A DNA stretch of 36,023 nucleotides from NCBI GenBank assembly GCA_030629775.1, contig DAOVOJ010000003.1, forward strand, positions 1 through 36,023, given 5' to 3'. The notes beneath the pieces are model-generated. The model saw only the letters and a program-made list of their open reading frames with translations. It searched no databases and had not been told where the DNA came from. Origin of the DNA: Candidatus Moraniibacteriota bacterium (GTDB taxonomy: Bacteria > Patescibacteriota > Minisyncoccia > JAHIHE01 > DAOVOJ01). The position numbers were made by a program, and so were the translations under genes. Below, piece after piece: positions 1-10,106 of the stretch; within the stretch, counting starts at the first letter, position 1, and every line of letters begins with the position of its first letter.

Positions 1-199
1 CGGACATCATTTTGATCAGCGGCGGGTGTTCCGGATTCAGGCGATAGTCCTGAAATTTTAAATAAGAATAGCCCGCCGGAATGTGCGCCACTTCGTCAAC
101 GATTCCCGAGTCGCCGGCGACACTGGTAACGGCGAGAATAAACATTATCGCCAATAAAATAGCGGCGATAAAATGGGAGCATTTTTTTGTGAGTTTCAT
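1..199 (-). CDS. Glycosyltransferase family 39 / ArnT-PMT-like membrane protein (5' part; runs off the window)
   Basis: Manual translation from ATG at 199 gives MKLTKKCSHFIAAILLAIMFILAVTSVAGDSGIVDEVAHIPAGYSYFKFQDYRLNPEHPPLIKMMS: an N-terminal TM helix followed by the DE..H and EHPPL motifs typical of GT-C/GT39 enzymes. Confidence 0.8.
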   Translation of the reverse strand, partial: MKLTKKCSHFIAAILLAIMFILAVTSVAGDSGIVDEVAHIPAGYSYLKFQDYRLNPEHPPLIKMMS

Positions 200-204
200 A
201 CTTT

Positions 205-247
205 TATTTTTATTTTATAAAAATTTTATTCTATTTTTATTTTAACA
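205..247 (-). repeat. 43-bp duplicated promoter/leader, copy 1
   Basis: TATTTTTATTTTATAAAAATTTTATTCTATTTTTATTTTAACA is identical to 584-626. On the minus strand it contains the extended -10 TGTTAAAAT and ends just before the ATG. Confidence 0.85.
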
Positions 248-289
248 TAGTTTTAGAAGCTCATAAAGTTCATATTATGCTAAAAAATA

Positions 290-583
290 TTATTTCTTTT
301 TTCTATATTTAAAGATTTGACAAATAATAATACCGGTTGTAAATATGCCTAGACCTTGTCCGACTATTAATACTATATCTTTACGTAAAATTCCGTGCAA
401 TGTCCAGAGAGAATAAGCCGCTAAGGACAAAATCATGAATGAGGTTGATAATCCCTCAGTAGATTTACGATTATAATTTTTTCTTATTTGATCGGGTAGT
501 CCAATTATTTTCACCAAAATCCCAACTATCAATGTCAATGATCCGACTACACTAGCAAATGTGATCGTTTGTAAAAAATCCAT
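290..583 (-). CDS. SemiSWEET / PQ-loop repeat family transporter
   Basis: 97 aa with three hydrophobic helices and the LPDQIRKNYNRKSTEGLS and LWTLHG motifs of the PQ-loop/SemiSWEET family. Confidence 0.85.
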   Translation of the reverse strand: MDFLQTITFASVVGSLTLIVGILVKIIGLPDQIRKNYNRKSTEGLSTSFMILSLAAYSLWTLHGILRKDIVLIVGQGLGIFTTGIIICQIFKYRKKK

Positions 584-626
584 TATTTTTATTTTATAAA
601 AATTTTATTCTATTTTTATTTTAACA
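584..626 (-). repeat. 43-bp duplicated promoter/leader, copy 2
   Basis: Identical to 205-247 and directly abuts the SemiSWEET ATG. Confidence 0.85.
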
Positions 627-665
627 CAGTTTTTGGAGTTGGGGAATAAAATAAAATATGGCAAG

Positions 666-704
666 AAAAAAACGAAGCTTGTGAAATTTATCATCTTAGC
701 TTCG
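666..704 (-). terminator. Probable intrinsic terminator of the small ORF 718-843
   Basis: CGAAGCT (673-679) / AGCTTCG (698-704) stem followed by a U-tract on the minus strand (A-run 666-672). Confidence 0.55.
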
Positions 705-717
705 CTTGAAAAATCAT

Positions 718-843
718 TTACTCTGACTTAAGTAGCTTTGGAATTATATTCTCCTTTAGCCACTTGTCTTCTTTTGGATCTGTAACAAATTTTGTAACAC
801 CAGGTCCTTTCGGATTAACAAGTTTCTTCTTGTTAGTACTCAT
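718..843 (-). CDS. Unannotated 41-aa small protein
   Basis: MSTNKKKLVNPKGPGVTKFVTDPKEDKWLKENIIPKLLKSE*, preceded by AAGGAGG and a consensus promoter and followed by a terminator. Confidence 0.6.
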   Translation of the reverse strand: MSTNKKKLVNPKGPGVTKFVTDPKEDKWLKENIIPKLLKSE

Positions 844-890
844 TATTATCCTCCTTAAAAATCAATTATTATTTAACTTTCCTTAATAAA

Positions 891-919
891 AGTATACAAA
901 ATAAGACAATATATGTCAA
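891..919 (-). promoter_or_regulatory. Sigma70-type promoter for the small ORF 718-843
   Basis: Minus strand TTGACA (919-914), 17 bp, TATACT (896-891). Confidence 0.7.
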
Positions 920-1039
920 CAGTCATAAAGTTAAAAGTTTGTAAAGTGCTTTCAACTTTTGATTCTGCTCCCTCTTTCATTTTTCGTTTTTTTGTAGTAT
1001 AATAAAAAAATAATAGCATCTTAAGAAAAGAATAAAAAT

Positions 1040-3394
1040 ATGAATAAAAAAAACAATCTCAAAAAAAACAATAAAACCAATCTTGTCAAAACAAAAATAG
1101 TACCGCTTATTCCGTTGAAGGAAACGGTTATTTTTCCGTATGAAGTCGTTTCGCTTTCTATTGCCCGGCGGGAATCGGTGCAGATCATGGATAATGTTCC
1201 TTCACGGCCTCGGATAGCTTTTGTTTGTCAAAAAAATCCCACTAACAGTTTAGTTTCCAATAATTTATATAAAATTGGAACGATTTGCGATGTTAAGCAA
1301 ATGATGAAAATGCCGGACGGCACGGTTAAGGCGATCGTGGAAGGAGTTGAAAGAGTGGAAGTCATTAGATTTGTCCAAAAAAAACCTTTTTATTTGGCAA
1401 ATGTCAAAAAAATTATTCCTGTTGACGGAGATCCGTTGAGAGTGGAAGCAATGAGAAGAGTAATTTTGGAACATCTTAAAAAAGGAATTTCTTTGGGAAA
1501 GCCGATCTCTTTTGAGGTGATCATTCAAATGCTGGGCAAAGATGTCGGTCACAATAAATTCATTGACATTATTACCGCCGGCTTGGATTTCAAAATCAAG
1601 GATAAGCAGGAACTTCTGGAAATTAGCGACACTGAAAAAAGATTGGCAAAACTGGACAGCTTATTGGTGGAGGAAATGAAAATCTGGGAGATGGAAAAAA
1701 AGCTGATGGACAAAACTCAGGAATCGCTGGGCAAAATGCAGAGAGAAGTTATTTTAAGAGAACAGTTGAAGACCATTGAAAAGGAGCTGGGAATGGACAA
1801 AGAGGGGGGAGAAATAGGGGAGCTGAACAAGAAAATCGTCCAGGCAAAAATGCCTCCGGAAGCGAATAAACAAGCGCTCAAGGAATTGGAGAGATTAAGA
1901 AAAATGTCCGAATACGCCCCGGAATCTTCTTATATCAGAACTTATCTGGAGTGGCTGTCAGAAATGCCATGGAGCAAGAAATCAAAAAGCCGAATTAACA
2001 TCAAGAAAGCGAAAGAAATTTTAGACAGGGACCATTACGGGCTTGATAAGGTAAAAGAGAGAGTTTCAGAGTTTTTGGCGGTCCAAAAACTGGCGGGCAA
2101 AATCAAGGGACCGATCTTGTGTTTTATCGGTCCGCCGGGAGTGGGCAAGACCTCTATCGGGAAGTCGATCGCCGAGGCGCTCAACAGAAAATTTATCAGA
2201 GCCTCTCTCGGCGGCATCAGAGACGAGGCGGAGATCAGAGGGCATCGCCGAACTTATGTCGGCGCCTTGCCCGGAAGAATTATTCAGGGAATTAAAAAAA
2301 CTGAAACCAGAAATCCGGTTTTTATGCTTGACGAGATCGATAAGATCGGCGCTGATTACCGAGGCGATCCTTCGGCGGCTTTGCTGGAAGCGCTTGATCC
2401 CGAGCAAAATAATTCTTTCGTTGACCATTATCTGGAACTTCCTTTTGATCTTTCCGATGTAATGTTCATTACCACCGCCAATGTTTTAGACACTATCCCT
2501 TCCGCTTTGCGTGATCGGCTGGAGATCATTGAATTTGTCAGTTATACCGAAGAAGAAAAGTTTAATATCGCTCGCCGGTTTTTAATCCCTAAAGTTTTAA
2601 AGGAACACGGCATAAAGATCAGCCAGTTTGCTATTTCGGACGAGGCTTTGAAAATTATCATCAGCAAATATACATTGGAAGCGGGAGTGAGGGGACTGGA
2701 GCGGCAGATAGCGAAAATTGCCCGCAAGGAAGCTAAGCGAATAGTTGAAAAAGCCCGCCTCAAAAAGATAAAAAAAATTAAAATAGATAAAAATAATTTA
2801 TCGGATTATCTCGGTCCGGAAAAGTTTCTGCGGACAATGAGAGAAACAAAAGATGTTGCCGGAGTGGCAACCGGTTTGGCGTGGACCTCGGTGGGCGGGG
2901 AGATCCTTTCTATTGAAGCTTCCTGTTTTCCGGGAAAAGGCAGTTTGAATCTCACCGGCCAGCTGGGAGATGTGATGAAAGAATCAGCCCAAGCGGCCTT
3001 TTCGTATGTCCGTTCAAGATCGTCAAAACTGAAGATCAAAAGAAATTTTTACAAGGAGTGCGATGTTCATCTTCATGTTCCTTCGGGTGCAATTCCAAAA
3101 GACGGACCATCGGCGGGCGTGGCGATGGCGGTAGCGTTAGCTTCCGCTTTAACAAAAAGGAAAATAAGGCAGGAAATTGCCATGACGGGAGAGATCACTT
3201 TGCGGGGAAAAATTCTTGAGATCGGCGGAGTAAAAGAGAAAGTCATTGCCGCTCGTAAAGGAGGTGTGAAGACAGTTCTTTTGCCGAAGGACAATGAAAA
3301 AGATTTGGAAGAAGTTCCCGCGGAAGTAAAAAAGGCGTTGAAGTTTAAGTTTGTGGAGAATGTGGATGAAGTGTTGGATTTGGTTTTGATTTGA
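1040..3394 (+). CDS. lon: ATP-dependent protease La (Lon)
   Basis: LON N-domain, Walker A GPPGVGKT, RGHRRTYVGALPG, Walker B MLDEIDK, catalytic PKDGPSAG and IGGVKEK. Confidence 0.98.
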   Translation: MNKKNNLKKNNKTNLVKTKIVPLIPLKETVIFPYEVVSLSIARRESVQIMDNVPSRPRIAFVCQKNPTNSLVSNNLYKIGTICDVKQMMKMPDGTVKAIVEGVERVEVIRFVQKKPFYLANVKKIIPVDGDPLRVEAMRRVILEHLKKGISLGKPISFEVIIQMLGKDVGHNKFIDIITAGLDFKIKDKQELLEISDTEKRLAKLDSLLVEEMKIWEMEKKLMDKTQESLGKMQREVILREQLKTIEKELGMDKEGGEIGELNKKIVQAKMPPEANKQALKELERLRKMSEYAPESSYIRTYLEWLSEMPWSKKSKSRINIKKAKEILDRDHYGLDKVKERVSEFLAVQKLAGKIKGPILCFIGPPGVGKTSIGKSIAEALNRKFIRASLGGIRDEAEIRGHRRTYVGALPGRIIQGIKKTETRNPVFMLDEIDKIGADYRGDPSAALLEALDPEQNNSFVDHYLELPFDLSDVMFITTANVLDTIPSALRDRLEIIEFVSYTEEEKFNIARRFLIPKVLKEHGIKISQFAISDEALKIIISKYTLEAGVRGLERQIAKIARKEAKRIVEKARLKKIKKIKIDKNNLSDYLGPEKFLRTMRETKDVAGVATGLAWTSVGGEILSIEASCFPGKGSLNLTGQLGDVMKESAQAAFSYVRSRSSKLKIKRNFYKECDVHLHVPSGAIPKDGPSAGVAMAVALASALTKRKIRQEIAMTGEITLRGKILEIGGVKEKVIAARKGGVKTVLLPKDNEKDLEEVPAEVKKALKFKFVENVDEVLDLVLI

Positions 3395-3439
3395 ATTAAT
3401 GGATTAACGGATTGATGAAATGGTGAATTATGTGTTTGC

Positions 3440-3598
3440 TGTCATTCCGACCGAAGTGACCCTAAGGCGATAGCCGAAGAGGGAGCGAAGTGGAGGAATC
3501 TGTAAAACATGAAATACTTGTTTCTAATAAAGACATTATAAAACACGCACTTTATCCACTAACAGATCCCTCGACTCCTATCGTCGCTCGGGATGACA
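3440..3598. repeat. Palindromic miniature element family A, copy 1 (intergenic)
   Basis: Ends TGTCATTCCGA...TCGGGATGACA form a terminal inverted repeat, with internal GAGGAATCTGT / ACAGATCCCTC arms. Homologous to 4882-5038 and 16491-16672. Confidence 0.9.
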
Positions 3599-3608
3599 GT
3601 AATATTGA

Positions 3609-3995
3609 ATGGAATATTCTACCCACGAACAAAACTGTGAATATATCTTTAAAGAGGCCTGTCGGGTTTTAAAACTCAAGGGGTTTTCTTTTAAGCCGAA
3701 AATAATCAGGGCGGGCGACGGGTATGTGAAAAATTACAAACTGGGATACACTAATTTAAAGTCAAAGTTGGTGGTAGTTGATATTTATACACAGAAATTA
3801 AAAAAGCCGAAAAAGTATTCCAGCATTCTCGCCGTCATCGCGCATGAACTTGCCCATCATCAAAAAAAGCCTTATCGGCAGTTTTATAAATTCCGCTGGA
3901 TAAACCGGATTCACTATCCGAAGTTTTATAAGCAGGTCGTGAAGAATGTTGGGAAGTTTAAGAAGGATGGGGTGTTGGGGAGGTTTTATGAATAA
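3609..3995 (+). CDS. SprT/WLM-like zinc metallopeptidase-domain protein
   Basis: VIAHELAHH HExxH motif and a distal H.PKFY; basic 128-aa protein. Confidence 0.7.
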   Translation: MEYSTHEQNCEYIFKEACRVLKLKGFSFKPKIIRAGDGYVKNYKLGYTNLKSKLVVVDIYTQKLKKPKKYSSILAVIAHELAHHQKKPYRQFYKFRWINRIHYPKFYKQVVKNVGKFKKDGVLGRFYE

Positions 3996-3997
3996 AT

Positions 3998-4032
3998 AAA
4001 AAAAGAGGAGAGTCGCGCGATGAGCAACTCCC
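3998..4032 (-). terminator. Probable terminator between convergent genes
   Basis: Minus strand GGGAGUUGC / GCGACUCUC stem (with G-U pairs) followed by a U-run. Confidence 0.45.
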
Positions 4033-4052
4033 ACTGTTCTATTTGAATACCG

Positions 4053-4415
4053 CTAGTATTCTGTGTCCATACTCTCTTTTATTCCCAGGGAGTATTTTTC
4101 ATCAATTTTCTCGGCCAATTTAGGCCGAAGACTCCAGAGAGAGATAACGCGCCGTGCCATTTCCTTATCATCTTTCTCTTGAGCAAACAGATCAAAAGCT
4201 TCTTCCAATTGCTCATTTGAAGTGCGACAAAGCGTTTCTTTGGCGATTTTTCCGCCTAGTTCTGGACGATGCTCCTTAAGAAGTTCAAGGGCAACGCTAA
4301 CTATTCCTGGGTTGTTGTTTATCGCTTCTACAATAAGTAGATTAAAAGCGATCTCTACTTGCTCGTCTGGAATGTCCTGATTTAGGACTATTTTCTCAAA
4401 TGTTCCTATGCCCAT
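4053..4415 (-). CDS. Hypothetical acidic helical protein (120 aa)
   Basis: ORF track gives 4053-4454. The ATG at 4415 (MGIGTFEK) is preferred because AGGAG precedes it. No family recognised. Confidence 0.6.
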   Translation of the reverse strand: MGIGTFEKIVLNQDIPDEQVEIAFNLLIVEAINNNPGIVSVALELLKEHRPELGGKIAKETLCRTSNEQLEEAFDLFAQEKDDKEMARRVISLWSLRPKLAEKIDEKYSLGIKESMDTEY

Positions 4416-4491
4416 TGTAATTGTCTCCTGCGACTCAAGCGAGAAAAATCTCACTTGAAGTCAACAATTTATCATATCACATCTAAAAAAT

Positions 4492-5700
4492 ATGTCAACT
4501 CCTAAAAACAAAAAAGCAATAATTGCGATGTCGGGCGGAGTTGATTCATCTGTGGCGGCGGTTTTATTAAAAGAACAGGGTTATCAGGTGGGAGGGGTTT
4601 TTATGAGATTGGGGATTGAGGGGGATGAGGAATCTGAGAAGAGCGCGCGGGCGGTGGCGGATAAGTTGAAAATAAAGTTTTATGTTTTGGATTTAAGTAA
4701 AGAATTTAAGAAAAAAATAATTAACTATTTTATTTCCGAATATAAAAACGGACGGACGCCGAATCCGTGCGTGATGTGTAATAAAGAAATTAAATTTGGG
4801 GTTTTATTGGATAAGGTTTTGGAAATGGGAGCTGATTTTGTGGCGACAGGACATTACGCCCGCTTACAGTGTTTACAACACTGTCATTCCGACCGGAGTG
4901 ACCATGAGGCGATAGCCGAAGGGGAACGGAGTGGAGGAATCTGTAAAGGCGATATGCTTGTGCCTCATAAAGATATTTTGAAAAACACATCTCATTTTCC
5001 TACAGATCCCTCGGCTCCTACCGTCGCTCGGGATGACAAGTTTAAACTACTTAAAGCAAAAGACAAAAATAAAGATCAGTCGTATTTTCTTTATAATTTG
5101 ACTCAGGAAAAGCTGAACTATTGCTTATTTCCGCTAGGGGAGTATAATAAAAGAGAAGTGAGGGAGTTGGCGAGAGGGTATAAATTGCCGGTTTTGGAGA
5201 GGGACGAGAGTCAGGAAGTCTGTTTTATTAAAAGCAAAAGATACGGGGATTTTTTAAAAAAGCATCTCAAGTTAATCTCGGGCGACATCGTTAATCTTGC
5301 CGGTGATAAAATAGGCCGCCACCAAGGACTGCCGCTTTACACTATCGGCCAGCGGCGGGAAATTGGCATTGGCGGAACCGGTCCTTATTACGTGGTCGGA
5401 ACGGATTTTGAAAATAATAAATTAATAGTCAGCAATGATGCCGATGATCCGGCTTTATACTCTAAAGAATTAATGGCGGAAAAAGTAAATTGGATTGCCG
5501 GAGAAATTCCTAAACCGCCACTCAAAATAAAAGCCAAGATTCGCTATCGGAGTAAAGAAGTTTCGGCGACAGTGAATCAGGAAAATAAAGACAAATATAA
5601 GGTCATTTTCAAAACTTCCCAACGAGCGATCACTCCGGGTCAGTCGGTGGTTTTTTATTTAAAGGACGAGGTTTTGGGAGGAGGGATAATAAGCTTATAA
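4492..5700 (+). CDS. mnmA: tRNA-specific 2-thiouridylase MnmA, with an in-frame ~52-aa repeat-derived insertion
   Basis: SGGVDS, TPNPCVMCN, ATGHYAR, KDQSYFL, ESQEVCF, YTIGQRR and RAITPGQ motifs. Confidence 0.97.
   Translation: MSTPKNKKAIIAMSGGVDSSVAAVLLKEQGYQVGGVFMRLGIEGDEESEKSARAVADKLKIKFYVLDLSKEFKKKIINYFISEYKNGRTPNPCVMCNKEIKFGVLLDKVLEMGADFVATGHYARLQCLQHCHSDRSDHEAIAEGERSGGICKGDMLVPHKDILKNTSHFPTDPSAPTVARDDKFKLLKAKDKNKDQSYFLYNLTQEKLNYCLFPLGEYNKREVRELARGYKLPVLERDESQEVCFIKSKRYGDFLKKHLKLISGDIVNLAGDKIGRHQGLPLYTIGQRREIGIGGTGPYYVVGTDFENNKLIVSNDADDPALYSKELMAEKVNWIAGEIPKPPLKIKAKIRYRSKEVSATVNQENKDKYKVIFKTSQRAITPGQSVVFYLKDEVLGGGIISL
4882..5038. repeat. Palindromic miniature element family A, copy 2 (in frame inside mnmA)
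   Basis: Same TGTCATTCCGACC...CGCTCGGGATGACA element as 3440-3598, translated as CHSDRSDHEAIAEGERSGGIC...TDPSAPTVARDD. Confidence 0.92.
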
Positions 5701-5767
5701 AGTCAAAAGTCGAAAACTTATTTACTACTGAGAAATCTAAAAATATAATTTTTTATTAAAATATTTT

Positions 5768-6205
5768 ATGTCAAAAAATCAATTATCAATCATAATTTCA
5801 AAACTAATCTTAATCGTTAGTGTTGTTGGTATTGGAACAGTATTTGAAATATCAGAACATACTTTAATAAAATCAAAAATGCTGGCTCCGTCAGTTATGG
5901 CACAGGAGAAAGTGTTAAATGAAATTAGTATATCAAAATGGAGTTATCTGGAATCATCTGAAAATATCCCAATTAGTTTTCAGGAGGCAAAAATAAATAT
6001 TACAAATTGGATTCTTGGTATGGGTGCGAATGTAGCTGTCTTAATAATTGTTTATGGAATGATGAAATTTATTTTAGCCACGACAAAAAAAGACAAAGAA
6101 AAGAAACATAAGGCTCAAAAAATAATTGTTTATGGTTTTATTATTTTTGTTCTTTGTGCTTTAATTTATGCTATTCTGTTGCCAGGAAGTGTTGTTTTGC
6201 AATAA
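5768..6205 (+). CDS. Pilin-like membrane protein (TrbC/VirB2-like, CPR pilin family)
   Basis: C-terminal NITNWILG...IIVYGMMKFILA...KAQKIIVYGFI two-TM pattern typical of CPR pilins, plus an N-terminal hydrophobic segment. Confidence 0.65.
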   Translation: MSKNQLSIIISKLILIVSVVGIGTVFEISEHTLIKSKMLAPSVMAQEKVLNEISISKWSYLESSENIPISFQEAKINITNWILGMGANVAVLIIVYGMMKFILATTKKDKEKKHKAQKIIVYGFIIFVLCALIYAILLPGSVVLQ

Positions 6206-6219
6206 TAGTATTCAATTAA

Positions 6220-8220
<2,001 letters not shown>

Positions 8221-8221
8221 A

Positions 8222-8278
8222 AAAGAGAACAACAAAAGAATATTTTTACCTCCTTTTTTGTTTGTTGTTGTTCTCTTT
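8222..8278. terminator. Inverted repeat after gyrB (possible terminator)
   Basis: AAAGAGAACAACAA (8222-8235) / TTGTTGTTCTCTTT (8265-8278), perfect 14-bp arms with a large loop. Confidence 0.55.
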
Positions 8279-8313
8279 GCTTATGGTTTTGATCAAGCTA
8301 ACTAGACCCGTAA

Positions 8314-8370
8314 TTAGACTTGATGATGCCGGCTAGTCTCAACCGATACGATAAATGCAGGTGGATCCAT
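8314..8370 (-). CDS. Possible 18-aa peptide
   Basis: MDPPAFIVSVETSRHHQV*, preceded by GGGAGGT and a TTGACA-16bp-TATTAT promoter (8429-8402). Confidence 0.35.
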   Translation of the reverse strand: MDPPAFIVSVETSRHHQV

Positions 8371-8459
8371 TTTCTTACCTCCCTTTTCATTTTGTATTTC
8401 TATAATACTTCATTAGAAATTTTTGTCAAATTCTTAACAATTTAGTGATATATCAAGTT

Positions 8460-8569
8460 TGTCATCCTGAATTTATTTCAGGATCTGTCATGTGTTATAT
8501 AATGCTTTTATATTTATCTTGAAGCTAAATGTAACAGACGACAGATCCTGAAACAAGTTCAGGATGACA
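8460..8569. repeat. Palindromic miniature element family B, copy 1
   Basis: TGTCATCCTGAATTTATTTCAGGATCTGTC...GACAGATCCTGAAACAAGTTCAGGATGACA; reverse-complement homolog of 12967-13076. Confidence 0.9.
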
Positions 8570-8590
8570 GTTCTGACATATTTCGTAATT

Positions 8591-8875
8591 TTAAAGTAAT
8601 AAATTTTTTATTCTCTTCGCTTCTTCCTCAACAACTTTCCCGTCGTATTCTCCTGAATGGGCTGTTTGGTTTCCGTAAGATGGCTTTTTTTGGTCAAGAT
8701 GAAGATTTAAAATATAATTTTTCTCATCCTCGCTGATGTACAAATGAAAGCGGGGATAAAAATTTGTTCCCAACCTTCGGACATAAGAATTTTCCAAAGG
8801 AAAATACCCGCACTTTCTTTTTAAAAAAGTGGCGATGTTTTGTTTGAGATTTTTTTTGGGAAGATAGATTTTTAT
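8591..8875 (-). CDS. Hypothetical protein (~94 aa), start probably ATA at 8875
   Basis: The ORF-track frame 8591-8797 stays open upstream as IKIYLPKKNLKQNIATFLKRKCGYFPLENSYVRRLGTNFYPRFHLY...LHLDQKKPSY...AHSGEYDG. No in-frame ATG before the stop at 8914-8912. Confidence 0.7.
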   Translation of the reverse strand: MKIYLPKKNLKQNIATFLKRKCGYFPLENSYVRRLGTNFYPRFHLYISEDEKNYILNLHLDQKKPSYGNQTAHSGEYDGKVVEEEAKRIKNLLL

Positions 8876-8888
8876 AAAAACTTGTTTA

Positions 8889-8984
8889 ATCTGTGTTCGT
8901 CTGTGCTTTAATCAGTGTTTTTCTGTGTCTAATTTAAATGGCACACAGACGAACACAGACCTTCGGACACAGATAAACACAGAT
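8889..8984. repeat. Low-complexity palindromic repeat (TCTGTG / CACAGA arrays)
   Basis: ATCTGTGTTCGTCTGTG...TCTGTGTC on the left pairs with CACAGACGAACACAGAC...ACACAGATAAACACAGAT on the right. Confidence 0.8.
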
Positions 8985-9057
8985 AATTTCTAATGACATT
9001 ATAACAACAAAAGAGCATAATGATAATATCAGCAATGTAACAATTTAGCAATATATT

Positions 9058-10074
9058 ATGAAAATAAATTCAAAAGAGAAAGGCGTTTGGCGGTACGCGG
9101 AGTTTTATGATGAATTTATAAAATCGGAGAACAGATTAAATTTAAATAAAAAAGGAACGAGGGAAATTGAAATTCACAAAATAAATAAACTGCTAAATAT
9201 CAATTATCTTTATTTTAAGCGAGAGGATGAAAACAAAACCGGCTCGCTGAAAGACAGGAGTTTGGCTTATCAGATCTCTTTGGCCAAGCAGAACAATAAA
9301 AAGTCGCTGGTTATTTCAACTTCCGGCAACGCGGGAATCGCGGCGGCGGCGTATTGTCGCGAAGCGAAAATAAAACTTTTAATTTTTATTTCTCCGGAAA
9401 CTGAAAAAGAGAAAATTATTGAGATGCAAAAATACGATCCGATCATCGTAAAATCAAAAAAGGCCATCAGGCTGGCAAACTATTTATCGGCAAAATATAA
9501 AATTGAAAATCTGCGACCGTCCGTTAACGATTCGTCAATTGAAGGTTTTAAATCAATCGCTTTTGAAATATTTGAAAATCTGGGAGAAGTTGAAGCGATC
9601 TTTACTTTCACCACCAGTGGAAGTTCGTTTGTCGGGATCGGACGGGCTTATAAATATTTATTGGAAAATAAAGAGATAAAAAAAATTCCAAAACTTTACG
9701 CCGTTCAGGGCGAAGCGGGGAAGTTGGGAATAAAAAATACCAGACGCAAAAAAGAAATTTTGGAGTTGATAAAATTAAGCGGAGGAAACGGTATTTATGT
9801 TGATGAAGAAAAAATCGAAAAAGCTAAAAATATTCTTGAAGAAAACAATATTTTTACTTCTCCCGAAGGACAGGCGAGTTTCGCGGCGGCGGTTAAAGCT
9901 AATGAAAAAAATAAATTCAAGAAAGTTGTTTGTATTCTTTCCGGAAAATCGAGAAAAGACAATGGCGAGATTAACGAGAGTAAAATTTTTCAAGCGGAAA
10001 ATTTTGGAGAAGTGGATAAAATCGCGGAGTTGACCGATTATTTCCCTCCCGAGAAGAGAATAAATTCTATCTAA
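9058..10074 (+). CDS. PLP-dependent fold-type II enzyme, threonine synthase-like
   Basis: YFKREDENKTGSLKDR (PLP lysine), ISTSGNAG, EGFKSIAFEI and VVCILSG. Confidence 0.8.
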   Translation: MKINSKEKGVWRYAEFYDEFIKSENRLNLNKKGTREIEIHKINKLLNINYLYFKREDENKTGSLKDRSLAYQISLAKQNNKKSLVISTSGNAGIAAAAYCREAKIKLLIFISPETEKEKIIEMQKYDPIIVKSKKAIRLANYLSAKYKIENLRPSVNDSSIEGFKSIAFEIFENLGEVEAIFTFTTSGSSFVGIGRAYKYLLENKEIKKIPKLYAVQGEAGKLGIKNTRRKKEILELIKLSGGNGIYVDEEKIEKAKNILEENNIFTSPEGQASFAAAVKANEKNKFKKVVCILSGKSRKDNGEINESKIFQAENFGEVDKIAELTDYFPPEKRINSI

Positions 10075-10106
10075 TTTCTTAAAAAGAGCGTGTGTTTGAA
10101 TTTAGT

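Noticed and set aside
1265-3294. Several short antisense or alternate-frame ORFs within lon
   Set aside because: Shadow ORFs of a well-conserved gene with no motifs. The same applies to those inside mnmA, gyrB, murJ, rsmH, ftsI, the primase and sppA.
3490-3672. 60-aa ORF from the track
   Set aside because: It is read out of the family A palindromic element and overlaps the HExxH gene, so it is most likely spurious.
4882-5038. Intein or self-splicing intron in mnmA
   Set aside because: No C-terminal HN/HQ intein motif, too short for a group I or II core, and the sequence matches intergenic repeat copies.
8797-8875. Frameshift in the A/T runs upstream of the 68-aa ORF
   Set aside because: Base-by-base reading shows the upstream segment is in frame.
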